From NCBI GenBank assembly GCA_964234715.1, contig OZ174275.1: 64,000 nt of DNA; one strand, written 5' to 3'. Under the pieces are notes generated by a model. That model worked only from the letters and a program-made list of their open reading frames with translations, ran no database searches and was not told the DNA's origin. Shown piece by piece: positions 11,896 through 24,386 of this stretch (the stretch's first letter is position 1; each line of letters starts with the position of its first letter). A program made the translations under genes and the position numbers. Source of the stretch: Podarcis melisellensis (lineage: Eukaryota).

Positions 11896-12674
11896 GTGAG
11901 AGGTTTATTATTTGTTCTTTAGTGGCTGGGGAGTGGGACCGTTCAAAATTATCCTGTATCAGTAGGATACAAGGGTTTTACTGTGAAGACTGTGGTGTAG
12001 CTAAAGCATATCTGGTGACGCATAACCATTGAGATAACCAGTAGCAGTTGGAAGTAACCTAGTTGAAGACATTCTGCAGTTTAAATCTAGTTTTCTACCA
12101 CGGAAAGCTACATGAGAAAAATCACATAAAACCATTCTAATGGCATTTTCCCCCTTTGGGCTGAATAAGAATATTTGTGAGATACAGTACTGTATGTAGC
12201 ATCCAGCTACTAGACTGTGTTTCAGTCACACCTCCCTCCCACCCCATGTGCTACCTTCTAGATAAGGACCACCCCCTTTCCTGACCACCAAATATTCTGA
12301 GATTTGAAAGGGTTATGAAGACTGGCCTCTTAACCACCTTCTGCCTCAGATGCTCTAATTTTGCAAGCTGTTAGGTCATGCCCACAATACTGTGGTTCAC
12401 CAGCAATGGAAATAAAACTTGAAGGAATTTGTCATGGTTTAAACACAACAAAAGAATGAATATGTAGCTCTGCATGTGTGAGGACCATTAAAATATATTT
12501 TCTGACTCCCAAGTGTCTAGAGCAGGTAAAAAACAACCAAAATCAGATTGTAATTGCCTTGTGGTCCCCAGATCATACCCCTGGTTATAGTAGTACTGAT
12601 TCTACATTCATGAGACTCGCTTCCACCATTGTCACTGCCAATATGAAACTCACCCAGACTCAAAAACAGTAAAT

Positions 12675-12718
12675 AACAACAACAACACCACAACCAACAA
12701 CAACAACAACAACAACAA
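12675..12718. repeat. Imperfect (CAA)n microsatellite
   Basis: Seen directly. Confidence 0.85.
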
Positions 12719-15700
12719 TGTAGTGTTTATCTGTGCAGGATAGTTTGAAAATGGGATATTTGAACATTCTTCAAAAAATAATAATTAATCTGATATAGTA
12801 AAATCAGCTTAAGTCCAAAGTGGAACGTAGAACTTTGCTCACAAGGAAAGGGGCACATCACATTAGAAAGGCCAGGTGGTGTTTGCTCAAATATGAGATA
12901 TGTATGTGCTTTTATTTGTAGAACAAAAAAAAGTTTATTAAATAGTCCACCACAACTCCTCGCAATTTTCAAGTGGTTTGCGAGAGTCTGATGGGGAACT
13001 GCTCAAGGGCAGAGCTCTAGGTTTCGCAAGGCAACTCAAAAGAGACATAGCTATGGCTGTAGTTGTAGCCACAACACTAGTTGTGTCCTACATTCTAGGT
13101 TACTCCTCATGCGTCCTTTCTAAAATGTTAACATTTCCACTTCTTTTAAAAAGTAGCTTTCCAGGACTCTGTTTATTTAAAAAAATTGTCAGGTAACTTT
13201 TGTGCAAGGCATAGAAACCAAGTAGGATATTGGAAGGGCTTCCAGCGAGCAGGGACTTGACAGATGGTGCAATTTTCTGCCCTCTGTATACTCCCTCTAC
13301 CATTTTCTTTCCAGGCCTTTTTGCAAAATGAATTAGCTTTGTTTATGGTGCTGGATATGCAGCAAATCCACATGTGTGTTGCATCCAATAATATAAACAA
13401 AACTTATTTATTTTGGGAAAAAATTAATGTGTGTTTTCCAGAATTGCATTTTGTAGGGAATTACTTCTATCTCTGATTCTATAAGCATATTATATTGTCA
13501 TTTATTTTCCTTCTGCCTTACTATCAGTAGAATTATTCACTCTATATCTGCAGAGCTTCCCCTCCCTCTTTGTAGTGCATCTACAGCGCCAGAATGTGCA
13601 TTCTGTGTGTCAATCATTCAACATGTCTCACCACTGTGGTTTGGTTTTGACCCTTTTGAAAATATATAAATTGTGATAGCTCTGTGAAACTAAAGATGTG
13701 AACATTAGTTGTTCCTTTGATGCTTACGGTAGGCTTTCAAAAGAAATGATGCTGTGTCTTATGTGTTATTGAGTATGATGAAGTTTATGCCATGTTTACA
13801 GTTACATTCCTTTCCCCCTCAAGTCTCCTTCAAAAATATTTGAACTTATAACTTGAGCTTTTCAGCTTGTTTAGGATCTGAATAAGTTTTGTGTGCTTAA
13901 CAAGGTCATTTAGAAAGAATAGTGCACTTAGCTTGATTGTATTTACCTACAAAAGGAACATAAAGTATTATCCGAGGGCAAGATCATCTTTTTTATGGAT
14001 ATTTGCCAAGCATTTGTCATCTTTCTGAGTGAAATAAGCAGCTTAGTATAAAACAATAATGTCTTAATGACCTATTGATTGTTTTAGGGTTGGGCTGCAG
14101 TGTGAGATTTAATTAATTTTGTTTTTAAAGCACTTTGAAGTTGGGACCAACATACCCACTAAAGTTCAAAGTATTAATAATTTTATTATTTGTGGGCAGC
14201 ATGCAGTGCATTGGGTTACTTTCCCTCATATAAAAATCAATAAAACAATTGGCAAAAAAACCCTGTTCACATGCCAAGTTCCTGTGAGGAAAGGAAACTG
14301 TTGGGCTGCCAGCATCTATATACTTAGCAATGAGTAATAAACCTTCAAGGGAAGCTATTTTGTAATGGGATTTGTAGGGGGGGGGCATTAGACAAGAGTG
14401 CTTAGTAGTTGGACCAAATTTTAAACAGGCCATTTGATCCAGCTTGAGAAGTCCTAATGAATTGATTGTTCTTGCAGAAGTCATGCAATTTAACATTTAG
14501 ACCTGGTAATTTAGGATGTGCCCTTTGGATGGTGGGTTTCTGGCTCAGTCGCTTTTCTCTGTGACATAAAATTCTTGGAAAGAATGTGCCTTTGATTATG
14601 TTGGGAGTGTGAGAGTTCTCAATATTTTGGCCATTTAAACTAGTCTTAGCACTCCAAAGAGTTGGACAAGAGTTGTCTATACACCCCCATTTGCTTTGCA
14701 TCCAATGCACTCCAACCACTGAGAAGTGGTGTACACACAATGTTACTCACAATCTGTATTTATCCTGTATTTGTCCTGTTGTTTCTTAGGAATACTGCTC
14801 TTCTGTATTCAGATTCTACCACACTTGGAACCACTCTTCCACAACTCTGATTTATTTTGCTAAATGCCCAGTGTATCTGCAAACTGTGGCACTATCTTCC
14901 ACAGCACACTGACACAACAATCTCAGCAGATGCAATAACTGTTTCAAGCGCTTCCAAGAAGGTCCTCAGCTATGTAGACATTACTATTATGAAACACAGC
15001 TAATTATTTCTTTTTTATCAATTCAGATTGAATTTGGTTCGCTGAAAAATGCATCAAAATTTAGTAAGCTTGGAGAGGGAGGAGAGGAAGAACCAGATGG
15101 CTCAGCTGTAGAGTGCTCTTGTCTTCAGGCATGGATAGCCATGTTATTGTTGGGGTTTCACTGGTCAATGGAAATCCGTTGTTTTCCCCCCAGCTGTTTT
15201 TCCATCCAATTTCAAACCGTAGTTTATGAAGGTGGCTTGCTTTTCCACTAACCATAGTTAATATTAACCAGAAGAAATTGCAGTTAACTTAAAATGAAGC
15301 GGATCTTCTCCTTGCAGCTGTGTCAGGAGAGGGATGTGTGGAAGCCTGGGTGGGAAGCTAGGCCTATTCTTATTATGTCTGAATGCAGCCATTTTATCTT
15401 TTAATGGCTACAATTGGATTCATTAGTCTGCTCGTGCCATCGATGAGAAATCATTCACTGCTAAATCTCTTTGCTGCATCTGGTTAGTATCAGAGTAAGA
15501 GCCCATACCAGTCTTCTGCAGCCTGGTGCTTTCCTGATCTTGTGAGACCCCATAAGCCCCAGCCAGCATGGCCAGCGGTCAGTAATGAGTTACACACCAA
15601 AACATTTTGGAGAGTACCAGGTTGGGGCAGGCTTGGCCTACAACCTCACTATGTCTATTTGTTTTGTGTGCTGCTTTTTTTTTTAAAGTGTGGCTTTATG

Positions 15701-16644
15701 GGAGAAAACCATCATGTTGAAACGGGTTGTTTTTGTTTTCTTCTTCTTGTTTTTTTCAACATGTTCCCTGCAAGCTTCAATTCTGTTTGCTCCTCTATTT
15801 CAAACTTTGACCGACGAAACATTCTCAAGTGTCTGACAGCTGTGATGGCTGTGCAATAACACGGCATTATGATGTGACGATCTGAGAGAATATGTCGCTG
15901 TACTGTCAGGGGTCTTGCTGCATCGTTATATTGTTGCCTTTAAACTGTCAGGATGTCTGACAGAGATGCCATTGTCTTGGCTTGGTATTGCAGTGTTCGT
16001 TTCATTGCAAATTTTTGACTCTTGCTTGGCAGGCTTTCAGTAAAAAAAAGTTTCACAATAATGAGATTCCCCCCCACCCCCGGTCCATTTCATAAAAAAT
16101 GGAAGTCCATTGTGTTTCAGAATCCTTATACTTTTCTTTAAAACAATAGCAGCAAGAAACAAACAGACCCCAAAGATGAGTGAGAGGATCTAACAAAGTT
16201 CAGTGTCAAAACTACTCCAGACTCATGTTGGATGCTTTCATATTTGCTCTTTCTTTTCTAGCTAGGAGCAATTCCTATATCAAGCCACAGACAGTGTCTT
16301 TATTAGAAGAGCCTATCAGCTTCACTTATTTCTCTGCTTTCTCCCTGAGATGTGTCTTATTTTATTTTTAGTAGTATTATTAAGCAAAATCATTCACATG
16401 TTACCCATATTGTATTAGGTGATTACATAACATTGAAAATGAAGCCAGATATACAAGCTAAATACAGATTTAGCAAGCGGAAAACCTTTGCAGTACAAAT
16501 ATATCATTTAGCAATGATAACTTGGCAGCACATCTATTTGTATGGATTTGTATAGAACAAGACACTTCTACATAAATATCAGTAGGTGGAAATGCTAGTT
16601 TCTGCAAAAACAAATAAACCCTTTATTTTTCAGCTACATGTGAA

Positions 16645-16720
16645 TATATGGCCATCTCTGGACCAAGATAGCCTGACCCTTGTCCATGTGCTGGCAACCC
16701 CCAGATTGGATTACTATTGG
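16645..16720 (+). mobile_element. L2 LINE ORF2 micro-fragment
   Basis: PSLDQDSLTLVHVLATPRLDY resembles the L2 motif P.L....L.T.VHALVTSRLDYCN. Confidence 0.6.
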
Positions 16721-18468
16721 ATTAATATTATGTTTTTCAAAAGAGGGTTTTATGTCATCCATTTTCATATATATTATATTCGCCAATACTTTGAAAAGCT
16801 TGTTTGATTCTTTAGTGGGATTTAGTTCCAGTAGTCTTGTTTGCTAGTTTGTGCAGTAGCTAAATATGCTCATTGGGTCGTATCCATTGGGTCTATCTGC
16901 TGATGGAGAGAATCTGTTAGTGAAAGGAGGGGAAGCAATTGATAGCCATTTCTGCCCTCTCCAGCTGCAGCTCTTGTTCCCTAAATCTCCTCCAAATGGT
17001 TGGGGAATCATCTAGAGGGGCATTGGTGAGTGATAATATTTTATAACATACTGATTTTAAAAAGACCCCCCCCCTTGGGGTGCTACACACTGTAATCTAT
17101 ATGTAATTATGTTTGGTTACAAATGTTTGGCCACCAAAGAGGAAGTTTCTAAAATACATGTGGTTGATTCATCTAAGGAGTGAACCCCTTTTTTAAAATG
17201 TTGCATTTGGTCTATATACAGAATATAGGAATGCTTTTTTATCACTGGTATGTAGTATATATGACACATGGAATATGAAATAATTATTTTCATGTTTGTA
17301 AACTCACCATTGAGGATTTTACATTGACCTTGTCTTTTTGCAGTTGGATTGTGTTAAGGAGAGCAGAACTGTTTTCTGTTTTCATTTTAACACAGTCACA
17401 GCAGTTCCCCTTTTGAAGGTAAACTTGCTTGCCCAATTACTAGCTCAAAGGAAAGTTAATGCAAATTAATTCTAACTTCAAGATTTTGATTTGGCCACAA
17501 AGCTTATTTTTAAAAAATAAAAAAAATCAGGTGTTCTAGTTTAGCTTTCACAAACTTTAGTCTTGAGGCAAAGGATAAGTAATTGATTATTTCATAACCC
17601 CCTCTGTTGAAATGTTCTTCTTATTTTCTTTCATAGTTTTGGTTTCAGGCTTGTTATGAAAAGCTTCATACTCTTAGATTGAACTCTCAGAGTTCACTAT
17701 GTTGCTTGGTACCTGAAAATAATTAGCTGAATATTGGAAAAGTAATGTATAAACCTGAGCACAGAGTATAGAAATCGATCAAAATACATCTGTTACCTTA
17801 GCCAGTCTTAAAAATGCTTTCCTATCGGTCCAAATGCGGAACAAAATTGTCTTGCTCTTCTCATCTTTCATACAAAAGACATCTTGCATTACAGAATCAA
17901 ACTTAAATTACAGTATTAGGCAGTGAGGGAAAATGCAGTTGCTCTTTGCTCCTTCTGGATAACAGAAACAAGAAGAAAATGGGGAAATAACGGGAACAAA
18001 TGTTTCTAATCTCAGAGCAATTTTTAGAACAGATGATGGTTTGTAAGAAAGAGTTCCGATAGTCCTTTCAGGCTGAAATCTGCTGCAGTGATAACAAGAC
18101 ACCATAAAAAAAGCAAAATGCACTGATACTGTTGTGTTCATATTTTTCTGTCAGCTATATTAGCTGCTACAAATTTGTCTTCTAGAATAGTAGTAGATTA
18201 CTCCATACATTGAACCATATTGTGGGTATCTCCTGTCTGTCCGTCTCTAGGAAGATAAGGTGGAGATACACAAAAACCCCCAATGAAAAGTGGCTTAATT
18301 CTGACAGAGTTCATAAATCAGTGAATTAATACAAGTATGTGGTAGAGAGATTTCAACAAGGCTTCTGGTTTTGGTATTTGGAATGTATAAAGGCAGTAAA
18401 TGCTGGGAAATGAAGAGGACAGATTGTCGGTGGTTGGGAATGTTTACTTCAAACCTCTTCCAAAGTGA

Positions 18469-18516
18469 ATTAATAATAATAATAATAACAATAATAACAA
18501 TAATAACAATAATAAT
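18469..18516. repeat. (AAT/AAC)n microsatellite, probably the tail of a minus-strand retroposon
   Basis: Seen directly; followed by ttatttgtatcctgccc. Confidence 0.85.
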
Positions 18517-18667
18517 TTATTTGTATCCTGCCCTCCCCGGTCATAATTAGGTTACTGACTTATCACCTAGCTTATACATCCCTCCATGGCGTCCACTTTT
18601 ATAGAGTGAAGGAAAATATAATAAGACAAACCTGCAAAACAAGTGAAAAAAGATGCTTACTAGTGCT

Positions 18668-18708
18668 CCAGAACTGGTCTGTGACCGTAATAATAAAATT
18701 TATTTTAT
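18668..18708 (+). mobile_element. 41-bp extremely 5'-truncated retroposon tail with 11-bp TSD
   Basis: ttactagtgct at 18657-18667 and 18709-18719 flank ccagaactggtctgtgaccgtaataataaaatttattttat. Confidence 0.7.
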
Positions 18709-18868
18709 TTACTAGTGCTAAAAATTACTTTGTTTTTCAAAATGATCCTCCATGTCACAAACATGAATAATGGATCTGCTAAATTACCCACAGGGAATTG
18801 TTACACACCCTGAGGTGAACAGCTAACTTGGGGGGGGGGGGCTGCTTCAGTCAGAGTGTAGAATCTAA

Positions 18869-18951
18869 GGCTGCAATCTCGTACCAGTTTACCAAAAGTA
18901 AGGCCCACTGAACTTAGCAGGACTTACTTCTGAATAAGCTACGTAGGATTG
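18869..18951. mobile_element. Short palindromic squamate repeat (MITE-like, gcaatc...aggattg ends)
   Basis: ggctgcaatct...agtaaggcccactgaacttagcaggacttact...aggattg. Decayed relatives near 40330-40395, 46520-46590 and 51790-51865. Confidence 0.5.
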
Positions 18952-19076
18952 AGTTCCACATAATTTAAGAAGTTTGTTTGTTTGTTTGTTTTAAACACTT
19001 GTTAATGCTCTTTAGCCAAAAGGGACAGGGAGGGGATAGAGAAAAAAGCAAATTTCAACACCAATTCTTAAATAGT

Positions 19077-19408
19077 AGATGCGGGTGGAGCCTAGGGCTT
19101 GCTGATCAGAAGGTCGGCGGTTCGAATCCCTGCAATGGGGTGAGCTCCCATTGCTCGGTCCCAGCTCCTGCCAACCTAGCAGTTCTAAAGCACATCAAAG
19201 TTCAAGTAGATAAATAGGTACTGCTCCGGCGGGAAGGGAAACAGCGTTTCCGTGCGCTGCTCTGGTTTGCCAGAAACGGCTTAGTCGTGCTGGCCACAGG
19301 ACCCGGAAGCTCTACGCTGGCTCCCTCGGCCAATAAAGGGAGATGAGCGCTGCAACCCCAGAGTCATCTGCAACTGGACCTAATGGTCAGGGGTCTCTTT
19401 ACCATTTT
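19077..19408 (+). mobile_element. Sauria SINE (Squam1/POM-type), near full length
   Basis: gcgggtgg...gatcagaaggtcggcggttcgaatccc (B box)...cctgccaacctagcagtt...aagtagataaataggtac...ctggacctaatggtcaggggtctctttacc, ending in the ACCTTT-type tail. Confidence 0.92.
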
Positions 19409-19599
19409 AGTTCTTATAATGACCAGCTGGTATTGGAACAGCTTGTGTAGGAGGCGTGTGATGGAGCTGGTCTTTTGGCAGAGCAAGCTGATTTTTCAGG
19501 GTGGAATGAACCCTGTTTCCAATCTCCTCATCATCATGCATGCCTGCAAAATATCTGTGCCAAAAGCATTATTTGGCAATCCAGCAGATGGCAGCCCTA

Positions 19600-19985
19600 T
19601 ATATACTTGCTTGTTTACAAATTCAGTTTTTATCTTGCGCCTTCAAGGCCCAAGAATTACCAGGTCAACTAACAGACAGTATAAGAGAATAAAAAGAAAC
19701 AGCAGCAATATGTTATTAAAAAGCATTGTGGGGAAGGGAATTCTCACCTGGTACCAAGCAATCTTCCAAAGGCACAAAAGCAGCACCAAAAAAGCCAGTC
19801 ACCATCTGCTGCACGTCCGAAGGCAGGGTACCTGGAGGAGAACCTTAGATGATGATCTTAGTGAGCAGGCAGACTGGTATGAGAGAAAGCACTCCAATAA
19901 ATATCTTGGTTCCAAACGCTGTGTAGGGCTTTTAATAGGTTAATGCCAGCTCTTTTAACTGAGTTCAGAAACTAACTGAGAAACT
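19600..19985 (-). mobile_element. Old L2-type LINE 3' fragment
   Basis: gatgatcttagtgagcaggcagactggtatg...tatcttggttccaaac...tagggctttt...gccagctcttttaactgagttcagaaacta is typical of minus-strand squamate L2. Boundaries approximate. Confidence 0.55.
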
Positions 19986-20517
19986 AATGAAGATATTTCA
20001 GTACAGGTAATGGTGTCACAGTTTCCACTCTTAGCATCCTTTGGCCACTCTAGTTGTGAGGACAACAGGGTCATTGCATTTTAAAGCCAGGGTTGTACAA
20101 GTCATTAAATGCCTTGGAATCATTTAATCAATCACAAAATCAGTAAAGGCTGTTAAAAGGGGCAACTAGTTTGGTCCAGTGATCTAATGTATGTGTTGAG
20201 GAGAATTAAGTCTGAAAGTCCTGCATTTAAATACCATGTCTATTTCATGCTGTAGCCACAAGGGTAGATGAGAGAGGATTTAAGCAGGGAGAACGTTTAG
20301 TGTTCCACTTTAGACAGCAAAACGTATTTGGGAGGGAGAGAGGGAGACCTGCTGCTTTTAGAGGCAGCAATATGTTGACCGTAGCATGGCTGAGAAGATG
20401 CATGGCTGGCAGGAGTGGGGGCGGGGCGCAAGTTCTGTTTTGGGTTTCTAACAACAGTCCACTTGGTAGAAGCAGCAACTTTTATCACTTCCCTCTTACT
20501 TCCTCCCGCCCCTTTTC

Positions 20518-20521
<4 letters not shown>

Positions 20522-20574
<53 letters not shown>
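20522..20574. repeat. (GA)n microsatellite
   Basis: Seen directly; explains the ERERER ORFs. Confidence 0.98.
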
Positions 20575-20576
<2 letters not shown>

Positions 20577-22420
20577 TCACTTGCTGCACAACTGTCATCT
20601 TCTCAAACGTCTGCCTTTTCTATTTAGTACTATGTTAAGCAGTCACGTATCTTATTATTTAACATTGTGGAAACAGTGACAATTGAGGCTCTTTGGCATG
20701 TCATTCTCATTGTCTTTGTTGATTATAATGTTTTGATGGAAGGCTTTGGAACTTTACAGTCTGCTGTTTTCCCCATATGTAACCCTTTCTCTCTTTTGTT
20801 TATACATAGTGTCAGTGAAAATTACGTTTGCAGCTTGCATAAACCGATAATAAAGCTTCATGCATCCATGCTGTGATTCCAGTTTGCATATACAACACAA
20901 TCTGAGTTCTGTTTTCACTGTCCCAATGTGTGCGGCAGTATTTGAGGCTTCGTAACAGATTTCCCTAGTACAAAATAACAGAGCAATTCCAGATTTCAGT
21001 CCAAAGTGATTTTGCTAATTTATGTTTTGTTTCTATAAATGATTACTGAAATGCATACATTTGTATGATGGAATGTCTTTCAATCCATCTCGATATAGAG
21101 GAGATAATGAATTCTACTGTATGTTGTTAATCTTCTTGGGGAATTTACATTAGAGAGGAGATAATTGACTACATTGGAAGCAGACCAGTATGTCTGTCCC
21201 TGCAAAAGTATGGCCATTGTTTAATTATTTGCTAAGTGTTTGGGGGTTTAGTTTTGTGTATTGCCAAGAAGGAGCATATGGCTGCCTAACACTGCATTGG
21301 CATGTTATTTCAGTGACAACAAGGCTTGAGAGATTGTATGGCCTCTGGAATTGTATATCAAAGGCCTTAGATTGTATAATTGGGCAAAGTTATTAATCTT
21401 AGTTTACAACAGAACTCTTAGCCTTCAGTATGTATGTCACAGCATAATGATGTATTTTTATATTTTTTTAAGTTTTGTTGTGAAATTCTTGATTACCTTA
21501 ATGTCCCCTCCAAATAATAAATAAAAAGGAATTGACATGTTCATCAAACTTAAAGAACACACATGCCTGACAGTGCCTTGTACTTAAACGCTACATCATA
21601 AAACCTTAATGTTTTGTCAGATTTTCTGTTCTCTAAATTCTAAATGGAGTCAATGCTGGGAGAGATTTAATAGCAGCTATGCAATCTTTTTTTGACAGTT
21701 CAGTATTTTTACCAAAAAGTTGGCATGTATCTCCCCCTCCTCCTCCTGCAATTATTGGAGTACGAATGACATATGCAGAAATAACAAAGTTGCTTAGACT
21801 TTCCATACCCCAAGGACAGCTGCCTCTTCATAAACAGTATTTTGACTTCTTTGTGTGAAGGCTGCTGGGTTTATTTGAGAGAACCCAAATAATACAACAG
21901 CTTCTTACCAGCATATAGTAGTTTCCCCGCTGAATGTCATGAGTTAAGATTGACAAATGCCATTGCATTTCAAGTTGCATTTTAGAAAAAGGAGTATAGG
22001 AAAATCTAACTCTTCTCAGTTTGTATTACAGAATGTTTTTAGCCTGCTGAGAAATTACTTATGTATCAAGGAGACTGCACCAAATCAACTAATCTAACCC
22101 AATTAACTTTAAAATATTGGTACCATAATCTGTTAGGTAAACAAATTTAATCTCTTAGATTTTTATCAATATTAGTATCTAATTAGTCATAGTTGACATT
22201 GACCCCACTCCTTCACCTGACTCATCTGGCATGTGGAGAGGATTTGGGGCAAAGGAAGAGGCAGATTCTGCTTTCGTTCCATGTCTTGGAGATGCTCAGC
22301 AGCAGCGACAGTATCTCACAGTTGTCTCCAAGTGTGGTATGAAGGGAGAAACTGACCCCCACCCACAGTGGTAGCTTTGTGCCTGGCCAGTAAATGTCTT
22401 GTGTTGTGCTTTCTCCCTAG

Positions 22421-22683
22421 GCTGATCCACGGAGGACAGCTGTTGAATGGATTGGCAGGCCCTACTGTCACTAGCGCTGCTCCATTCCTCTCCACTACAT
22501 GGTTTTCACCAGATGAGCGTGCCACCGCCACAGCTGTTGCATCATTGATTGGTTACCTTGGTGGAGCATGCGCTTTTTTAGTAGGACCCTTCGTGGTTCC
22601 AGGACCGAATGGCACATCCACAGTTGCACCTGGAAGCAGCCCGGAGCATATCAAAGACCGCATTGAGGCTGTGTTATACGCAG
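22421..22683 (+). CDS. SLC49A4: SLC49A4 exon 3 ([14 protein letters not shown]...[12 protein letters not shown])
   Basis: Inside ORF 22368..22718. Acceptor gctttctccctag, donor g|gtatcg, 263 nt. Contains the NGT sequon at 22608-22616. Confidence 0.96.
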
Positions 22684-23676
22684 GTATCGCAGAAGTAATT
22701 TCACACTTAATTTCATAATGTGCATCCATTAGGAGTTTGCTGGTGCCCTCTAGTGACTCATCTGAAAATAAATCTCCATGACTGTGAGCTCTAGAATGAT
22801 TTGCCTTTAATTGTAGGAGCCAAACACTGGTTGTGGGGTGTGTAGCTGTTGAGCTTACTGTTGCCTTGAATATCGCCAGTCATTCCAGAGGTAATACCTC
22901 TTTCAGACTTCCCAAGCCAGACACTTCCTCCAGCAAACATTTCATGAGATGGTTTAGTTCTGCTTTTTTCAATAAGTTTTTCATAAGTCAGTAAAGTCCA
23001 GGATTAACTACTTTCCTCTGTAAATCATTTTTAAGTTTAGATTTTTGTCTACATAAAAATGGTAGGAAACTGCTTTATCACAGTAAATAGTTGTGTTAGG
23101 CCCCATCATTTATTTTAACCCAAACACAAATGCCTTAAACTGATTTTCACAAAATTCAAAATGCTGTCTCTGAATACATTGGTCATGCAACTTTTTCAGG
23201 AATTACATTGTGAGCAGCGTTTAGCAGAATTTTAGGATCCTGATCATGAAAAGAAGAATTGCTTTGATCTTGGATTTAAGAAGAAATGCAAAATAAAATC
23301 TTTAATAAACAAATGTGAATGGCCAATTCAAACTTAATTTGTTTTGGTGTAAGTGTTCACAGCTATCTTCCAGGGGTCAATAATTGAGCACAATTTGTTC
23401 CATTTTGCCACTAGGCAGAAATTGCTTTGCCTCTGATGTATTTCTAAAGGCAGGCAGCCACAGACCTCCAGGGCAGCCACTAAGAAGACATTTCCCTTAT
23501 ATATATGAATGTGATGCAAGGGTGGTAGCAAGTCTAGGCTGGGATTGAAAAGGAACACAAAGGAAAAGTAGTCCGCAGATTGTAGCTCCCCCCCCCCCCC
23601 CCGTAACAAGCTTATATTAACAAGCAGATGCTGACTGGAGGTATGCTGGCTGTTTAGCTGTAATAATAATAAATAT

Positions 23677-23712
23677 TCATTCATTCATTCATTCACTCAC
23701 TCACTCACTCAT
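23677..23712. repeat. (TCAT)n/(TCAC)n compound microsatellite
   Basis: Seen directly. Confidence 0.9.
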
Positions 23713-24344
23713 GTTGACTGGAGAGGAAATGGCTGGAGTGTTGTGTTAATGCAGAAACATTAAAATGTATCTGTTAGCCATGTGTTTATATTAGTTGTTA
23801 GCTGGAAAGTTACAAGTAATCAAGGAATATAAAAGTAGTTGGTTTTTCAAGAGGAAAACTTTGACTTCCATTCGTTTCCATAGCTGGGAACTGCTTAAAA
23901 TGCATTCTCACTTCTTGTGTACCTACTGGACCTTTTAATTTGTTGTTTGCCTTACATATCGATCTGATTTGATCATTAAAGCCTTTGGCAGTGAGGGCCA
24001 GGACACTAACTGCCCACAGCACCAATGTAGTATAGCTAAAAATGACAAACTAATTTTGCAGGCCGGCCAGGCAGTGTAAACTTTCAGCTGTTGTGAATAC
24101 TTTCCATACCGGTATATTGTATTTTATTTAAATATTTATCAGTCCTTTTCTGAACCAAGCTCCCAAAAGATAGGGAACAAAATATAAGCATCAGACAAAC
24201 AAAATAAACCAACAATATATTAAGTGTAACTCAGCTGGTATAAAACAACAAAACAGCAGCATGGTGAATAAAACATATACATTAAAATCAATATGAAAAC
24301 TTCTGAAATAGCAACTGGTGCCCACCAATGTAGTCTCACTTGAC

Positions 24345-24386
24345 TGGTTGGTTGGTTGGTTGGTTGGTTGGTTGGTTGGTTGGTTG
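24345..24386. repeat. (TGGT)n microsatellite
   Basis: Seen directly. Confidence 0.95.

Noticed and set aside
15864-15970. Possible C/D-box snoRNA (ATGATGT ... CTGA with ggcat/atgcc flanks)
   Set aside because: The C box is imperfect, the terminal stem is out of register with the D box, and I recognise no rRNA/snRNA guide. The enhancer reading fits better; snoscan or Rfam would settle it.
19383-19943. 186-aa ORF
   Set aside because: Starts in the SINE tail and runs through antisense L2 sequence; no domain or splice support.
22684-22691. GTATCG donor as a U12-type intron
   Set aside because: Lacks GTATCCTT, and no U12 branch site sits close to the exon 4 acceptor.
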